DNA from: an uncultured Actinomycetes bacterium
GTDB taxonomy: Bacteria > Actinomycetota > UBA4738 > HRBIN12
Assembly: GCA_963704885.1 (NCBI GenBank)
Contig: CAVPIB010000004.1
Coordinates: 64,001-128,000, forward strand
Reading direction: 5' to 3'
DNA length: 64,000 bases
Shown piece after piece: positions 40,366-50,012 of the stretch. A program made the translations under genes and the position numbers. Every line of letters begins with the position of its first letter. Within the stretch, counting starts at the first letter, position 1. The notes under the pieces were generated by a model, which ran no database searches, was not told the origin of the DNA, and saw only the letters and a program-made list of their open reading frames with translations.

Positions 40366-41304
40366 GTGCAGGCGGCCACCGAAGGACCCATCACCGCGGA
40401 GGCGCTGCGGGGCAACCCGGCACGCCTCCATCGTGAACGCCGCATGAGAGGGCTGTTCTTCGCCGCCGCCCTCGGCTCGGTCGTCATCAGCCTTGCCATC
40501 GTCGCGAGCCTGGCCGGCGGAGCGGCCGATTTCCTGTCCAAGATCCAGCCATCCGATCTTTGGTCCGAGGGTTGGTTCCCTCGGAGGAACCTCTTCGATG
40601 TGAAGACGATCGTCGCTGGCACCCTGATCGTCGCGGGCATCGCCATGGTGGTCGCGGCCCCGCTCGGGCTCGGCGCAGCCCTGTATCTGTCGGAGTATGC
40701 CTCGCTTCGCGCGCGACGGTTCCTCAAGCCGATCGTCGAGACCCTCGCGAGCGTTCCGAGTGTCGTGATGGGTTTCTTCGCGCTCCGGGTCATCAGCCCG
40801 GACGTCATCCAGCGTTTCTTCGGATCGGACGTCCCACTCTTCAACCTGGCGGCCGGTGGACTGGCGGTGGGCCTGCTGGTCACGCCGCTCGTGGCCTCCG
40901 TGGCCGAGGATGCGATGCACGCGGTGCCCCACGCCTTGCGCGAGGCATCGTTCAGCCTGGGTGCTCGACGCCGGGCAACGAGTCTGCGCGTGGTGTTCCC
41001 GGCCGCGGTCTCCGGCATCACCGCCTCACTGATCCTCGGGGTCTCCCGAGCGATCGGCGAGACCATGATCGTCGCGATAGTGGCCGGCGGAACCGGGGGG
41101 TCGTTGTTCAACCTCGACCCGCTTCAGGGAGGTCAGACCATGACCGCGGCGATCACGGCTCTGGCTACGGGTTCCGATCAGGTCCGGGGCAGCGGCCCCG
41201 CCTACCCAAGCCTCTTCTTCGTAGGGATGCTGCTGTTCCTCATCACCCTCGCGCTCAACCTGGCCTCTGAGCGATTCGTCCGGCGTGTGGGGAGGCGGTA
41301 CTGA
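40366..41304 (+). CDS. pstC: Phosphate ABC transporter permease
   Basis: LKPIVETLASVPSVV.GFF, EDAM.AVP, SRAIGETMIV. Confidence 0.94.
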   Translation: MQAATEGPITAEALRGNPARLHRERRMRGLFFAAALGSVVISLAIVASLAGGAADFLSKIQPSDLWSEGWFPRRNLFDVKTIVAGTLIVAGIAMVVAAPLGLGAALYLSEYASLRARRFLKPIVETLASVPSVVMGFFALRVISPDVIQRFFGSDVPLFNLAAGGLAVGLLVTPLVASVAEDAMHAVPHALREASFSLGARRRATSLRVVFPAAVSGITASLILGVSRAIGETMIVAIVAGGTGGSLFNLDPLQGGQTMTAAITALATGSDQVRGSGPAYPSLFFVGMLLFLITLALNLASERFVRRVGRRY

Positions 41305-42252
41305 TGAGTGCTCGGGTCGCGGTCACCCGAGCGACGAGAGACGAGGTGATACGGGCGATCAGCGGCCGCCGGCACAACCCCAGAGAGACCGCGTTCAGCC
41401 TGCTCCTGTTCCTGGCGCTCGTGGTTGTCCTAGCGGTCCTGATCACTCTCCTCCTTCACGTCGCGCAGACCGCCATCCCGGTCATCGGCGATCGAGGGGT
41501 GACGCTCTTCCAGAACGGATACTCGTCGCTTCCGGCCAAGGCCGGGCTCAAGCAAGGGCTGATCGGCTCGCTTTACCTGATGGCCTTCGTGGTGGTCGCT
41601 GGCGGTCCCGCTCGGCGTCGGGGCGGCGATCTACATGGAGGAGTACGCACGGAACACACGTCTCACGCGGTTCATCAACGCGAGCATCCGCAACCTGGCG
41701 GGCGTTCCAGCCATCGTCTACGGGATCTTGGGGCTCGCGCTCTTCGTCCAGCTCCTGAAACCGCTGACGGGACCGGGACCCGTTGAGGGCAAGAGCCTGC
41801 TGGCGGGTGGACTAACGATCTCCCTGATGGTTCTCCCCATCATCATCATCACCACACAGGAGGCCCTCCGCGCAGTACCCCTCAGTATCCGGGAGGCCGG
41901 CTTCGGCGTGGGCGCGACCCGGTGGGAGGTCATCCGCAGCCACGTTCTCCCGAACGCAGCACCAGGCATCCTCACCGGGTCGGTGCTCGCTATGGCTCGC
42001 GCGCTAGGGGAGACAGCGCCTTTGATCATGGTGGGCGCAGCGACGGGATTCCTGGCCACCAGCGGAGGCGTGCTGGCATCGCTGCAACAGGCCTTCACCG
42101 CGCTCCCGACGTTGATCTTCTCGTACGTTCGGAAGCCGCAGCCTGAGTTCCAAGAACTAGCGGCTGCGGCCATCCTGGTCTTGATGACCCTGATCTTCCT
42201 GGTGAACCTGACCGCGATCCTGCTGAGGAACCGCTATGAACGAAGGTGGTGA
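41304..42252 (+). CDS. pstA: Phosphate ABC transporter permease PstA with a +1 frameshift near 41598
   Basis: [10 protein letters not shown] before the shift; [36 protein letters not shown] after it. Confidence 0.88.
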
Positions 42253-42256
42253 AAGG

Positions 42257-43090
42257 GTGGAGGCGCAGATGATGGTCAAGGTGCCCGGCGAGACCGTCGC
42301 ACCTGACGAGGAACGTGAGGTCGTCTTCGATGTCCGGGACCTGTCCGTCTTCTACGGCGACTTCCGAGCCATCCGCGACGTCACGCTGCCGATCTTGCAG
42401 AACGAGATCACGGCGCTCATCGGTCCATCCGGCTGCGGTAAGACCACGTTCTTGCGCTGCTTGAACCGTATGAACGACCTGATCGACACGGCGCGGATCG
42501 AGGGGCAAGTCCTCTACCACGGCGTCGACCTCTACGGCGAAGCGGTGGATCCGGTCGAGGTGCGCCGAAGGATCGGCATGGTCTTCCAAAAGCCTAACCC
42601 GTTCCCCAAGTCCATCTACGACAACATCGCGTTCGGCCCGAGGATCGCGGGCATGAAAGGCGACCTGCGCGATCTGGTCGAGGAGTCCTTGCGTCGTGCG
42701 GCGCTCTGGGACGAGGTGAAGGACAAGCTGAAAGAGTCCGGGCTCGCGCTCTCAGGTGGGCAGCAGCAGCGTCTGTGCATCGCGCGAGCGATCGCCACCC
42801 GGCCTGACGTGATCTTGATGGATGAGCCCTGCTCGTCGCTGGACCCCATCGCCACGGCCAAGATCGAGGACCTGATGCAAGAGCTCGTCTCCGACTACAC
42901 CATCGTGATCGTGACCCACAACATGCAGCAAGCCGCACGGGTGAGCGACCGCACGGCGTTCTTCACGGTCGAGGTGACAGACTCTGGACAGCGGACGGGC
43001 AGGGTCGTGGAGTTCGACCGAACCGAGGCGATCTTCACCAACCCGACGGACCCACGGACGGAGGACTACGTGACAGGGCGGTCCGGATGA
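42257..43090 (+). CDS. pstB: Phosphate ABC transporter ATPase
   Basis: [35 protein letters not shown]. Confidence 0.96.
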   Translation: MEAQMMVKVPGETVAPDEEREVVFDVRDLSVFYGDFRAIRDVTLPILQNEITALIGPSGCGKTTFLRCLNRMNDLIDTARIEGQVLYHGVDLYGEAVDPVEVRRRIGMVFQKPNPFPKSIYDNIAFGPRIAGMKGDLRDLVEESLRRAALWDEVKDKLKESGLALSGGQQQRLCIARAIATRPDVILMDEPCSSLDPIATAKIEDLMQELVSDYTIVIVTHNMQQAARVSDRTAFFTVEVTDSGQRTGRVVEFDRTEAIFTNPTDPRTEDYVTGRSG

Positions 43091-43764
43091 CAAGGGAGAG
43101 CTTCCACGAGTCTCTGGAGCGGATCGAGCTCGAGCTCCTCAGCATGGGGGAGCTGGCGGGGACTTCCGTTCGAGGAGCGGTCGATGCGATCGTCGAACGC
43201 GACGAGACCAAGGCCCAAGCCGTGATCGACGCCGACGATGCGATCGATGAGCTATACCTGCGGATCGACCAGGAGATCCTCCAACTGCTGGCGCTCCAGG
43301 CCCCGGTTGCGGCTGATCTTCGGCTGATCTCCGCCATGCTCCACAGTTGTCTACACCTGGAGCGGATCGGAGATCAGGCCGTGAACGTCGCCAAGCTGTA
43401 CATCGCCACCAGGGACGAGCCCGGGAGTCAGACCATGCGCCAGCAGCTCGCCGAGATGGGGGACGTGGTGGTACGGATGCTGAGGACCGCCATGGAGTCC
43501 TTCGCCCGACGCAACCTCGAGCTCTGCCTCACGCTTCCCACCATGGACGACCCAGTCGACCGACTGAATCGGAGTACACACCTCGAGGCGCTCAAGCTCG
43601 CTGATGATCCTCGCAGCCTCGATTGGGGACTCCACATGAACATGGCCGCCCGGGCGCTCGAGCGCGTCGGAGACAACGCCGTCGACATCGGGGAGCAGGT
43701 GAGTTTCCTTCTCACGGGCGAGTTCCGCGAGTTCACGGACGCCTCTCACCCAGCGGACGCTTAG
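43087..43764 (+). CDS. phoU: Phosphate signalling protein PhoU
   Basis: [24 protein letters not shown] repeats. Confidence 0.93.
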   Translation: MTRESFHESLERIELELLSMGELAGTSVRGAVDAIVERDETKAQAVIDADDAIDELYLRIDQEILQLLALQAPVAADLRLISAMLHSCLHLERIGDQAVNVAKLYIATRDEPGSQTMRQQLAEMGDVVVRMLRTAMESFARRNLELCLTLPTMDDPVDRLNRSTHLEALKLADDPRSLDWGLHMNMAARALERVGDNAVDIGEQVSFLLTGEFREFTDASHPADA

Positions 43765-43768
43765 GTCG

Positions 43769-44467
43769 ATGGACGCCGACGCCCGACCCAGGATCCTGAT
43801 CGTCGAAGACGAGGAACCTCTGGCAGATTCCGTTCGATACAACCTAGAACGTGAAGGGTTCGCCGTGACGGTGGCCACCGATGGTCGTCAGGCGCTGGAG
43901 CGTTTCCGCGAGGAGTCGCCCTCGCTCGTGATCTTGGACCTGATGCTCCCGGAGGTATCGGGTCTGGATCTGTGCCGATCCATCCGCGCCGGATCCGACG
44001 TGCCGATCATCATGGTCACGGCGAAAGACTCCGAGGCCGACAAGGTGACCGGCCTGGAGCTCGGTGCCGATGACTACGTGACGAAGCCGTTCTCGGTGCG
44101 GGAGCTCGTGTCGCGGGTACGCGCGCTCCTGCGCCGCTCGCGGATGCAGTCGGACGCCCCACCGGAAGACGTCGTGGCCGGAGGGCCGGTTCAGTTGGAC
44201 GTGGTCAGGCACGAGGTGCGGGTGTCAGGGGAGGCCGTCGCCTTCCCCCCGAGAGAGTTCGAACTTCTCGAAGTCTTCCTCCGCAGGAGAGGGCGCCTGC
44301 TCACTCGGGACTTCCTGATCGAACAGGTCTGGGGAGCGGACTATTTCGGTGACACCAAGACCCTCGACGTTCACGTGAAACGCCTCCGCAAGAAGATCGA
44401 GACGGACCCCCATAACCCGGTACACCTGGTGACGGTGAGGGGGCTCGGCTACAAGTTCGTCGACTAG
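43769..44467 (+). CDS. regX3: OmpR-family response regulator (RegX3/PhoP-like)
   Basis: LDLMLP, GLELGADDYVTKPF, VWGADYFGDTKTLDVHVKRLR. Confidence 0.85.
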   Translation: MDADARPRILIVEDEEPLADSVRYNLEREGFAVTVATDGRQALERFREESPSLVILDLMLPEVSGLDLCRSIRAGSDVPIIMVTAKDSEADKVTGLELGADDYVTKPFSVRELVSRVRALLRRSRMQSDAPPEDVVAGGPVQLDVVRHEVRVSGEAVAFPPREFELLEVFLRRRGRLLTRDFLIEQVWGADYFGDTKTLDVHVKRLRKKIETDPHNPVHLVTVRGLGYKFVD

Positions 44468-44511
44468 GTCAACGGTGGACGCGGTGGGTGACCCGCGAGT
44501 AGCGTGCAGCT

Positions 44512-45129
44512 GTGGCGTTCCAGGTGATCCCGCGGCAACGAGCGTTCTACGACCTCCTCGAGCAGGTCGCCGACACGGTCGCGGCCGGTGCTAGGGAGTT
44601 CGCGGGACTCGTTGAGTCGTTGGAGGATCCCGCCGGCCATCACCGTCGCATCCGTGATCTTGAGCACGAGGGCGACGAACTCACCCATCGCATCGTTGAG
44701 ACCCTCAGTCTCACGTTCGTCACGCCCTTCGACCGTCAGGACATCCACCGGTTGGCGTCGAATCTGGATGACGTCCTGGACTCGATCGAAGCGGTGTCGG
44801 ATCTGCTGGTCCTACATCGGGTCGAGACGCCGCTGCCAGCGATCCGCCAGCAGTCCGATGTTCTCGTCAAGATCACCCACGCCGTCTCGACGGAGGTTCG
44901 CCATCTCCGCTCGCTGTCCGCCATCGAGCGTGACTGGGCCACGATCAACCGACTGGAACGAGAAGGAGACCGTATCTACCGAAGGGCTACGGCCGAGCTG
45001 TTCTCAGGCGAGCACCCCGCCATAGAAGTCCTGAAGTGGAAGGACATCTTGGACCAGATCGAGGACGCGATCGACCGGTGCCAGAGCATCTCGAACACGA
45101 TCGAGTCGATCGCGCTGAAGTACGCGTAG
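44512..45129 (+). CDS. DUF47 family phosphate transport regulator
   Basis: EHEGD, TFVTPFDRQDI, EREGD, KWKDI. Confidence 0.9.
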   Translation: MAFQVIPRQRAFYDLLEQVADTVAAGAREFAGLVESLEDPAGHHRRIRDLEHEGDELTHRIVETLSLTFVTPFDRQDIHRLASNLDDVLDSIEAVSDLLVLHRVETPLPAIRQQSDVLVKITHAVSTEVRHLRSLSAIERDWATINRLEREGDRIYRRATAELFSGEHPAIEVLKWKDILDQIEDAIDRCQSISNTIESIALKYA

Positions 45130-45145
45130 TCTGAGACGGACTAGT

Positions 45146-45370
45146 TCAATCGGCCGCGGGTGGGTCCGCGGAGGGAAGCTCCTCTGCCGGGATATCCACG
45201 GGAAGGCGCCGACCCAGCAGATCCTCGATCCCTAGCAACGTGGCCCAGAAGAGCGCAAGACCCGCCATGGTCAGGTTGAGCCAACGGAACTCCGGTGGTG
45301 TCGGGGGGATCATGAGCAGGAAGATCGCCGAGACCGCGAGGAAGAACAGCGCGCGACGGGAGACCATCAT
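45146..45370 (-). CDS. Small two-TM membrane protein coupled to pit
   Basis: MMVSRRALFFLAVSAIFLL...WLNLTMAGLALFWATLL; start overlaps the pit stop. Confidence 0.7.
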   Translation of the reverse strand: MMVSRRALFFLAVSAIFLLMIPPTPPEFRWLNLTMAGLALFWATLLGIEDLLGRRLPVDIPAEELPSADPPAAD

Positions 45371-46359
45371 CTGAGCTCCAAGAGCAGCAGCGAGATGAAG
45401 TAGGCCACGACGAACGCCCCGGGTATGGTGAGTACCCAAGCCCATACGACCCGGCTCGCCACGCCCCATCGCACGGCGGACAGGCGCTGGGTGGTGCCCA
45501 CCCCGACGATCGCTCCGGTGATCGTATGCGTCGTGGACACGGGGATCCCCGCGCTTGCAGTGAAGAAGAGCGTGGCCGCCGCTGCCGTCTCGGCGCTCAT
45601 CCCGCCGACCGGCGTTAGTTTGGTGATCTTCGAACCCATGGTGTGCACGATCCTCCACCCGCCGAAGAGGGTCCCCAGACCGATCGCCGTGTGCGCCGAC
45701 AGCACCACCCACAGCGGGACGCTCGCGTCAGACGGCAACTGTCCGTTGGCGATCAGGAGCGCCAGGATCACCCCCATGGTCTTCTGAGCGTCGTTCGCAC
45801 CGTGGCCCAGGCTGAATGCGGCCGCTGATACCAGCTGCATCCTGCGGAACCCGCGGTTCAGGCGATCCACCGCGGTCTTGCGGTGGAACAGCCAGTACAC
45901 GCTGACCATGATCGTGAAGCCGAGCAGTAGACCGATCAGGGGCGACAGCACGATGAAGACCGCGATCTTCTGAAGCCCCGAGCCGATCAGGGCCGCCCAT
46001 CCACCGCTCGCCACGGCAGCGCCCGCCATGCCACCGACCAGCGCGTGCGAGGAGCTGGTTGGGAGCCCCGCGTACCACGTCAATACGTCCCAGACGATGG
46101 CACCCAAGAGCCCGGCGAAGATCACTTCATTGTTCAAGGCGGACTCATTCACTACGTCCTTCGCGATGGTGGCAGCCACCGCCGTTCCGAATATCAGGAA
46201 CGCAGCGAAGTTGAAGAATGCGGCCCACGCCACCGCCTTGCGAGGCGAGAGCACACGGGTCGACACCACGGTCGCTATCGAGTTCGCAGCGTCGTGGAAC
46301 CCGTTGAAGAAGTCGAAGGCCAGCGCGACGCCGATGATGAGTACTACGGTCAGGCTCAT
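45367..46359 (-). CDS. pit: Inorganic phosphate transporter, PiT family
   Basis: NGFHDAANSIAT, PTSSSHA, HGANDAQKTMG, PVSTTH. Confidence 0.95.
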   Translation of the reverse strand: MSLTVVLIIGVALAFDFFNGFHDAANSIATVVSTRVLSPRKAVAWAAFFNFAAFLIFGTAVAATIAKDVVNESALNNEVIFAGLLGAIVWDVLTWYAGLPTSSSHALVGGMAGAAVASGGWAALIGSGLQKIAVFIVLSPLIGLLLGFTIMVSVYWLFHRKTAVDRLNRGFRRMQLVSAAAFSLGHGANDAQKTMGVILALLIANGQLPSDASVPLWVVLSAHTAIGLGTLFGGWRIVHTMGSKITKLTPVGGMSAETAAAATLFFTASAGIPVSTTHTITGAIVGVGTTQRLSAVRWGVASRVVWAWVLTIPGAFVVAYFISLLLLELR

Positions 46360-46364
46360 AGCCT

Positions 46365-46988
46365 CTACGCGTGCTTCAGCACGGTGGACTCGATGATATT
46401 GGCCACGTTCTCGAGCCCGTCGAGAGCCTCCTCGAGATTCTCGATGACTTCCTTCCACTTGAGGACATCCATGGCGCGGTGCTCGCCCGAGAACAGATCG
46501 GCGATCGCTCGCCGGTACAGCCGGTCGCCCTCGTTCTCAAGACGGTTGATCTCGATCCAATAGGGCTCGAGCTGTTCGCGCTTCATCTTCGGCAACTCCG
46601 CGAGCGCCTTCTCGGCTTGGCCCGCAGCCAGCACCAGCACGTCGATCTGGGCCTTCATCTCCGGGAGGGGAGACTCGATGCGGTGGAGGACGAATAGATC
46701 GGCCACCGCCTCGATGGCGTCCATCACGTCGTCCAGCGCAGTGGCCAGTTGGTAGATGTCCTCTCGATCCATCGGCGTTACGAACGTGGTGTTCAGGAGG
46801 CGGATGATCGCGTGCGTCACCTCGTCGCCCTCGTGCTCGCGGTCCGCGATCCGCTGGGCCTTGAGGTCCACGTCGCGAAAATCGCCGATCAGATCCTGGA
46901 GGAGCTCGGCGGCTATCCGGAGGTTCTCGGCAGACTCCGAGAAGAGACCGAAGAACGCGTCGGGGCGATTGGATATCTTCAGCTTCAT
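46365..46988 (-). CDS. DUF47 family phosphate transport regulator
   Basis: EHEGD, TFVTPMDREDI, ENEGD, KWKEV. Confidence 0.92.
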   Translation of the reverse strand: MKLKISNRPDAFFGLFSESAENLRIAAELLQDLIGDFRDVDLKAQRIADREHEGDEVTHAIIRLLNTTFVTPMDREDIYQLATALDDVMDAIEAVADLFVLHRIESPLPEMKAQIDVLVLAAGQAEKALAELPKMKREQLEPYWIEINRLENEGDRLYRRAIADLFSGEHRAMDVLKWKEVIENLEEALDGLENVANIIESTVLKHA

Positions 46989-47040
46989 CCGGCGCTCCTC
47001 GTCTCATGCGGCCCAGCCCGTGCGGCCATCAGGGTAGCGG

Positions 47041-47068
47041 GTTCACCCTTCGTTCACCTACCGTTCGG
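47041..47068. promoter_or_regulatory. PHO-box direct repeats upstream of DUF47-pit
   Basis: GTTCACC (47041), GTTCACC (47052) and GTTCGG (47063), 11-nt period; minus-strand TACCCT -10 at 47032-47037. Confidence 0.7.
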
Positions 47069-47836
47069 TAGCGGACCCTTGGTCGAGGCCAGGCGCCCTA
47101 CTCCGCGGAAACCCAGTCGCTCGTACATCCTCACCACGGCCGTGTCGTCGGGATCGGCCACGAGGCAGACGTCGCGCGTGCCCGCGGCGAACGCCTCCTC
47201 AACCGCGCGTGCGGTCAGCGCCGATGCGTGCCCCTTCCCGCGTCCAACGGGGAAGGTCGCGACGTTGTCCACGTAGCCCACATGCTCCAGGACGACCAGC
47301 GCCGCCAGCGAGGTCAGGACGTCGTCTCGATCGCGAATCCCGAACCATCGCTTCCCGCAGGCCGCGGGCAGGAGCTCCTCGATCGATCTGAGCTGGAGCG
47401 CGACGTCCCGTTCGTTCCCGAACAGCTCCATCGATGCCTCTACCCTGTCCCACAGCTCGGGTCCGGGCTCGAGCTCCTGCACGATCGCGCTGGTCTCGGG
47501 GATCGGCGGACTCTCGGCGATCTGCATGATCAGGTCCCACGACAGCTCGTGCCCCAGGGTGGACAGTTCAGCCAGGAGTTCCGTGGTTTCTTCGGGATGG
47601 AAGACCACCGTATGGAACACCTCGGCGCCGGAGCGGCCTAGCGCCGGAACGAGGGCGGTGGCCACTTCGCCCAGTCGCAGGTCGGAGGCGGGCGCATCGA
47701 TCCGCGCGTAGTTCGCGTCCCACACCGTCGGGAACCTCGGGTCGGTGACGACCGCGCCCCACCACGTCGGCTCCACGAGGCCCAAGCACGCGTCGAGCGC
47801 ACACCAGAATCGATGGAAGTACTCCGGGGTGGGCAC
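47054..47836 (-). CDS. GNAT family N-acetyltransferase
   Basis: VAT.PVGRGKGHA, MYERLGF. Confidence 0.85.
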   Translation of the reverse strand: MPTPEYFHRFWCALDACLGLVEPTWWGAVVTDPRFPTVWDANYARIDAPASDLRLGEVATALVPALGRSGAEVFHTVVFHPEETTELLAELSTLGHELSWDLIMQIAESPPIPETSAIVQELEPGPELWDRVEASMELFGNERDVALQLRSIEELLPAACGKRWFGIRDRDDVLTSLAALVVLEHVGYVDNVATFPVGRGKGHASALTARAVEEAFAAGTRDVCLVADPDDTAVVRMYERLGFRGVGRLASTKGPLPNGR

Positions 47837-47868
47837 GCGCGGAGATTACCGTGCGCTACGCTCGACCT

Positions 47869-48840
47869 GTGATCGACGGGAGGGTCTACGGGGGCGGTGA
47901 ACCCGAGGGCCATCGGTTCGGGCCGGGCTCCATGGAGACGCTCTCCGAGGGCGAGTGGTGCTGGTTCGACGTCGTCGACCCCACCCCGGACGATCTCTCG
48001 ACCCTACAGACCGAGTTGGGTCTGCATCCCCTGACCGTGGAAGACGCTCAGCATCAACAGCAGCGGCCGAGGGTCGAGCTCTTCGCGGATCATGCGTTCG
48101 TCGTGGTGCGTCCGCTGACGGTGGCTGCATCCGGTGACGTCGCTGAGGCCGAGATCCACGCCTTCGTATCTAACCGCTGGCTCGTCACCCTCCGGTTCGC
48201 GCCGGCCTACGATCTCGCCGCCGTGGTGCGACGGTGGGAGGCGAACGGAACGCTGGCGGGCGGCGGCACCGGGGTGGCGCTCTACATGCTGATCGACGAG
48301 GTTGCCGACGGCTACCTGAACCTGGTCGAAACCCTGGAGGACCGCGCCGATGATCTGGAAGACCGCGTCTTCGGCCGCGGGAGGATCGAGGGGGATCAGG
48401 GCGACCTGCAGACGCAGATCCTCCGGCTTCGCCGAGACGTCGTTCGCCTTCGGCGATCCGCGATGCCGCTTCGCCAAGCGATCGACACGCTGCACGATGA
48501 GCTGTGGTCCTTGAACCGGGAGTTGTTGCCTTACTACCGCGATGTGGCAGAGCACCTGCTTCGGTCGGTGGAGCTTGCCGACAACGTGCGCGACTCCCTG
48601 ACGACCATCCTGGAGGTTCGGACCGCACAGGCCGCGAACCAGTTGAACGAGGTGATGAAGAAGCTCACCGCCTGGGCGGGGATCATCTTGGTGCCGACGC
48701 TCATCGCCGGGATCTACGGGATGAACTTCGAGGGCATGCCCGAGCTCCATTGGTCGGTCGGCTACCCGTTGGCCTTGGGGATGATGGCGGTGTCGTCGAC
48801 CGCGCTGTACGTGGTGTTCAAGCGCAACGGGTGGCTCTAG
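47869..48840 (+). CDS. corA: CorA family Mg/Co transporter
   Basis: LHPLTVED, QRPRVE, YYRDV, IYGMNF..MPEL.W..GY. Confidence 0.93.
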   Translation: MIDGRVYGGGEPEGHRFGPGSMETLSEGEWCWFDVVDPTPDDLSTLQTELGLHPLTVEDAQHQQQRPRVELFADHAFVVVRPLTVAASGDVAEAEIHAFVSNRWLVTLRFAPAYDLAAVVRRWEANGTLAGGGTGVALYMLIDEVADGYLNLVETLEDRADDLEDRVFGRGRIEGDQGDLQTQILRLRRDVVRLRRSAMPLRQAIDTLHDELWSLNRELLPYYRDVAEHLLRSVELADNVRDSLTTILEVRTAQAANQLNEVMKKLTAWAGIILVPTLIAGIYGMNFEGMPELHWSVGYPLALGMMAVSSTALYVVFKRNGWL

Positions 48841-48853
48841 TTCGGGGCAGCGC

Positions 48854-49183
48854 ATGTGTCGGGCGTTGAAGGTGCTGTGCGTCGCCGAGGACGACGACGC
48901 GTTGCGAGCCCTCAAGCGAGCGACCGTCTCCGTGGAGTGGGAGTTAGCCGGGGGAGCGACGAACGAGCCCGACGCGATCGGTCAGATCGACGCAGAGCGG
49001 CCACACGTGCTGGTGGTGTTCGGGCCTTTCGAACGGCTTACCGCCTTGGCCCGGGAAGGCTTCCCGGGCATGCGCATCGTCACCGACCGGGACACACCCG
49101 GGGCCACCGTGGTGGCCACCTCCCTGGAGGAGGTCCGGGGGCTCGTGAAAGGCATCCCCCGTCCGGGTGGGCCGGTCGGCTGA
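48854..49183 (+). CDS. Hypothetical protein with a degenerate receiver-like fold
   Basis: LKVLCVAED, RPHVLVV, PGMRIV pattern. Confidence 0.6.
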   Translation: MCRALKVLCVAEDDDALRALKRATVSVEWELAGGATNEPDAIGQIDAERPHVLVVFGPFERLTALAREGFPGMRIVTDRDTPGATVVATSLEEVRGLVKGIPRPGGPVG

Positions 49184-49191
49184 GGTCTGGC

Positions 49192-49635
49192 TCAGGCGCT
49201 CCAGGGCCCCCATCCATCTTCGTGGACCATCCGCATGGTCACCATGATGTTCGCTCTTGCGTTGAAGGCCGACCAACCCTGGAACCCGAAATCAGCGGCT
49301 CTCCCGGGCCAGTAGCGCAGCATGTGCTGGTAGATGCCTGCGCAACCGGAGGAGTTGTAGGCGCTCGGATAGAAGTTCGATTCGCGATCCGCTATGTAGA
49401 GCGCAAGTCTGGCTCCTCCCGGAACCTTCCAGCGCTCTGCGGCGCAGCGGATCAGCTTTCTGACTTGGAAGGTGCCCTTGCGCCAGTCGTAATCGCAGAC
49501 CTTGGCGGGCACCTGTGCGTCTCGCCGGGCTCCTACGGTGGCCGCCTGCGATATCGAGGCGGGCACGACCGAAAGGATCGCGGCGATGGAGAGCGCTGCC
49601 ACCATGTGGCGGCGCATCTTCATGAGATATGTCAT
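49192..49635 (-). CDS. Secreted lytic transglycosylase (SLT/lysozyme-like)
   Basis: Signal peptide; IADRES.F.P.A.N, AGIYQ, ANI, GWGPW. Confidence 0.8.
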   Translation of the reverse strand: MTYLMKMRRHMVAALSIAAILSVVPASISQAATVGARRDAQVPAKVCDYDWRKGTFQVRKLIRCAAERWKVPGGARLALYIADRESNFYPSAYNSSGCAGIYQHMLRYWPGRAADFGFQGWSAFNARANIMVTMRMVHEDGWGPWSA

Positions 49636-49639
49636 AGCA

Positions 49640-49904
49640 GGATCCACCCCCGCGGTGGCCCAGAGCTGGCGGCTCCGTTCCTTGCGACCGGACGGCTACG
49701 GACTCCGCCGGAGCCGGTCGACCCGCGATAGGTCGTGGGTGCGCGCATCACCTCCTGTGGTCGATGGTCTCTGTGTGACCTATCGCCCACATCCGTCCGG
49801 TCGTCCCGGCTCCCCCAGCACGCGCGCATGCGCCAACCGCCCTGGGAAGGTGGAAGCGCACTCGTGTGCGGGGGGAAGGAACGGACGACCGTCCGTCGTG
49901 GACC
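49640..49904 (-). ncRNA. Candidate structured RNA or long 5' leader of unknown family
   Basis: TTGTCA-N18-TAGGGT promoter (49939-49910), three long stems and complementary ends. Confidence 0.5.
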
Positions 49905-50012
49905 TGCAAACCCTAGACCAGACGTTCAGGATGTGACAACTCGGACCTGACCGCGAGTCACAACCCGAGGATCATGGATCGGGTCGTCGGAGGTCCGGCT
50001 ACCATGGGGGAC

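Noticed and set aside
44466-44495. PHO box before the first DUF47 gene
   Set aside because: GTCCACC/GGTCACC-like words are not in 11-nt register
49640-49904. c-di-AMP (ydaO), c-di-GMP-I, SRP, 6C or RNase P identity for the structured region
   Set aside because: Signature motifs (GCTGAATCC/GGGGTGAAT/CAGCTAAC; GCAAA-GAAA-GACGCAAAG; CAGG-GAAA-AGCAG; GAGGAAAGTCC) are not found on either strand
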